A DNA stretch of 64,000 nt from Octopus vulgaris (Eukaryota). Position numbers and translations under genes: made by a program. The DNA lies in NCBI GenBank assembly GCA_951406725.2, contig OX597814.1, positions 97,340,001 to 97,404,000 on the forward strand, written 5' to 3'. Shown in pieces: positions 62,523 through 64,000 of the stretch (positions are counted from its first letter, which is position 1; every line of letters begins with the position of its first letter). The notes under the pieces were generated by a model that had not been told where the DNA came from, did no database searches, and saw only the letters and a list, made by a program, of their open reading frames with translations.

Positions 62523-64000
62523 CATATATGGAATGAGAAATACAAGCAATACAGATGTAAGGCAAGTGTGTATGAGTATGGCATTAGTAAAGCCAATAAT
62601 AATATATGCTTTGTAAAACGGCCAAAAGAATGAACAAAAGGAAATAAGAAGAGAAGAAATGAAATAATAAACATTAGAGATTAGCAGAAAAAGAAAAGCT
62701 ACAGAAAACAGCAGGGAGTGGTTCCAAAACCTAAATTTAACAAAAAAATTTATTAAATTGAAATAAAAACTATACAGTGTTTAATAGATATTCAGATAAC
62801 TTAATTAACTAAATCTACATAAGCAGCAAAAAGTAGATAAATAAATATACACATAGATAAATAAAATCTTTCAACACCTTGTGTGGAATTTTTTACAGTT
62901 CATGTATTTTGAGGTCACTATTTTCCTTTAATAATTATTAGTTTTGATGGATGCTTCTATGTTTGTAAAAAATGCAGCCGCAGCTGCAGGTATGGCTGTA
63001 TGGTAAGAAGTTTGCTTCCCAAACCACATGGTTCCAGGTTCACTCCTACTGTGTGGCACTGAAAGGAAAATGTCTTCTACTATAACCTCAGTCCTTTCCA
63101 CTGGAAGTACAAGGCCTCAAATTTTGGGGAAGGGATTAAGTCGATTACATTGACTCCAGTGTGTAACTGGTACTTATTTAATTGACCCCAAAAGGATGAA
63201 AAGCAAAGCTGACCTCTGCTGAATTTGAACTCAGAACATAGCAACAGACGAAATACTGCTAAGCATTTCACCTGGCATGCTAACAATTCTGCCAGTTTGA
63301 GTCCAATCAAACACTTGCTCGACGGAAACTTGAAGAAGACTGTCATATCTGTGTGTGTGTGTTTATTTGTGTCTGTGTTTGTCCCCTAACACTGCTTGAC
63401 CACTGCTTGATAATTGGTGTTGATGTGTTTATGTTCCTGTAATACTAAGTACTAAGCTTATATAAAAAGAGAAGTATAAGGATTGATTCACTTGCACATA
63501 ATTCCTCAGTGCAGTGCCCCAGCATGGCCATAGTCTAATGACTGAAACAAATAAGAAGAAAAATAAAGATGCTACAAAAAGATAGCTGTGTGGTTAAGAA
63601 GCTCACTTGGCAATCATATGCTTCCAGGTTCAGTCCCACTGTGCAGCACATTGGGCAAGTATCTTCTACTATAGCCCTAGCTCAACAAATGCCTTGTGGG
63701 TGAATTTGTTAGATAGAAACTGTGTGGAAACCCTTTGTTTATTTGTATGTGTGTGTGTCTGAGAGAGAGAATTAGAGTGTGTTTGTCCCTTACTACCTAG
63801 CAACTGATGGTGATTTGTTTGGTATGAGACCAATAGAATAAGTACCAGTTAAAAATAAGTATTTGGGTTGGCTTATTCAATGAAATCCTTCAAGGCAATG
63901 CCTCAGCATGCTTACAGTCCAATGACTGAAACAAACAAATAAAAGATAAAGAAAAAAGGTAATGCCAATCTCTCAATAAAACTTACAGCATGCTGAGCAT

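Overview
AT-rich eukaryotic genomic DNA dense in microsatellites and SINEs. The repeat families and sequence style suggest an octopus or other coleoid cephalopod (inference, not verified). One protein-coding gene is visible: a minus-strand SLC6/NSS (sodium:neurotransmitter symporter family) gene. I traced 11 internal coding exons from 43019 down to 7013. All have GT-AG introns and consistent phases, and together give 1845 nt (615 codons) with no stop, covering TM1-TM12. The start-codon exon and the exact last exon are unresolved. The frame is intact, yet many substrate, Na+ and gate residues that are nearly invariant in the family are replaced, especially in TM1 and TM8. Several of these replacements are exactly one A-to-G change from consensus. 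The rest of the window is intronic or intergenic: tRNA-derived SINEs, decayed mariner/maT transposons, TTAA and TA MITEs, non-autonomous Helitrons, RTE/CR1 LINE relics, Penelope-like relics with hammerhead ribozyme motifs, two long hairpins and many microsatellites. Most entries in the ORF track are microsatellite or repeat artefacts. Repeat boundaries were read by eye and are approximate unless a TSD or terminus is quoted.
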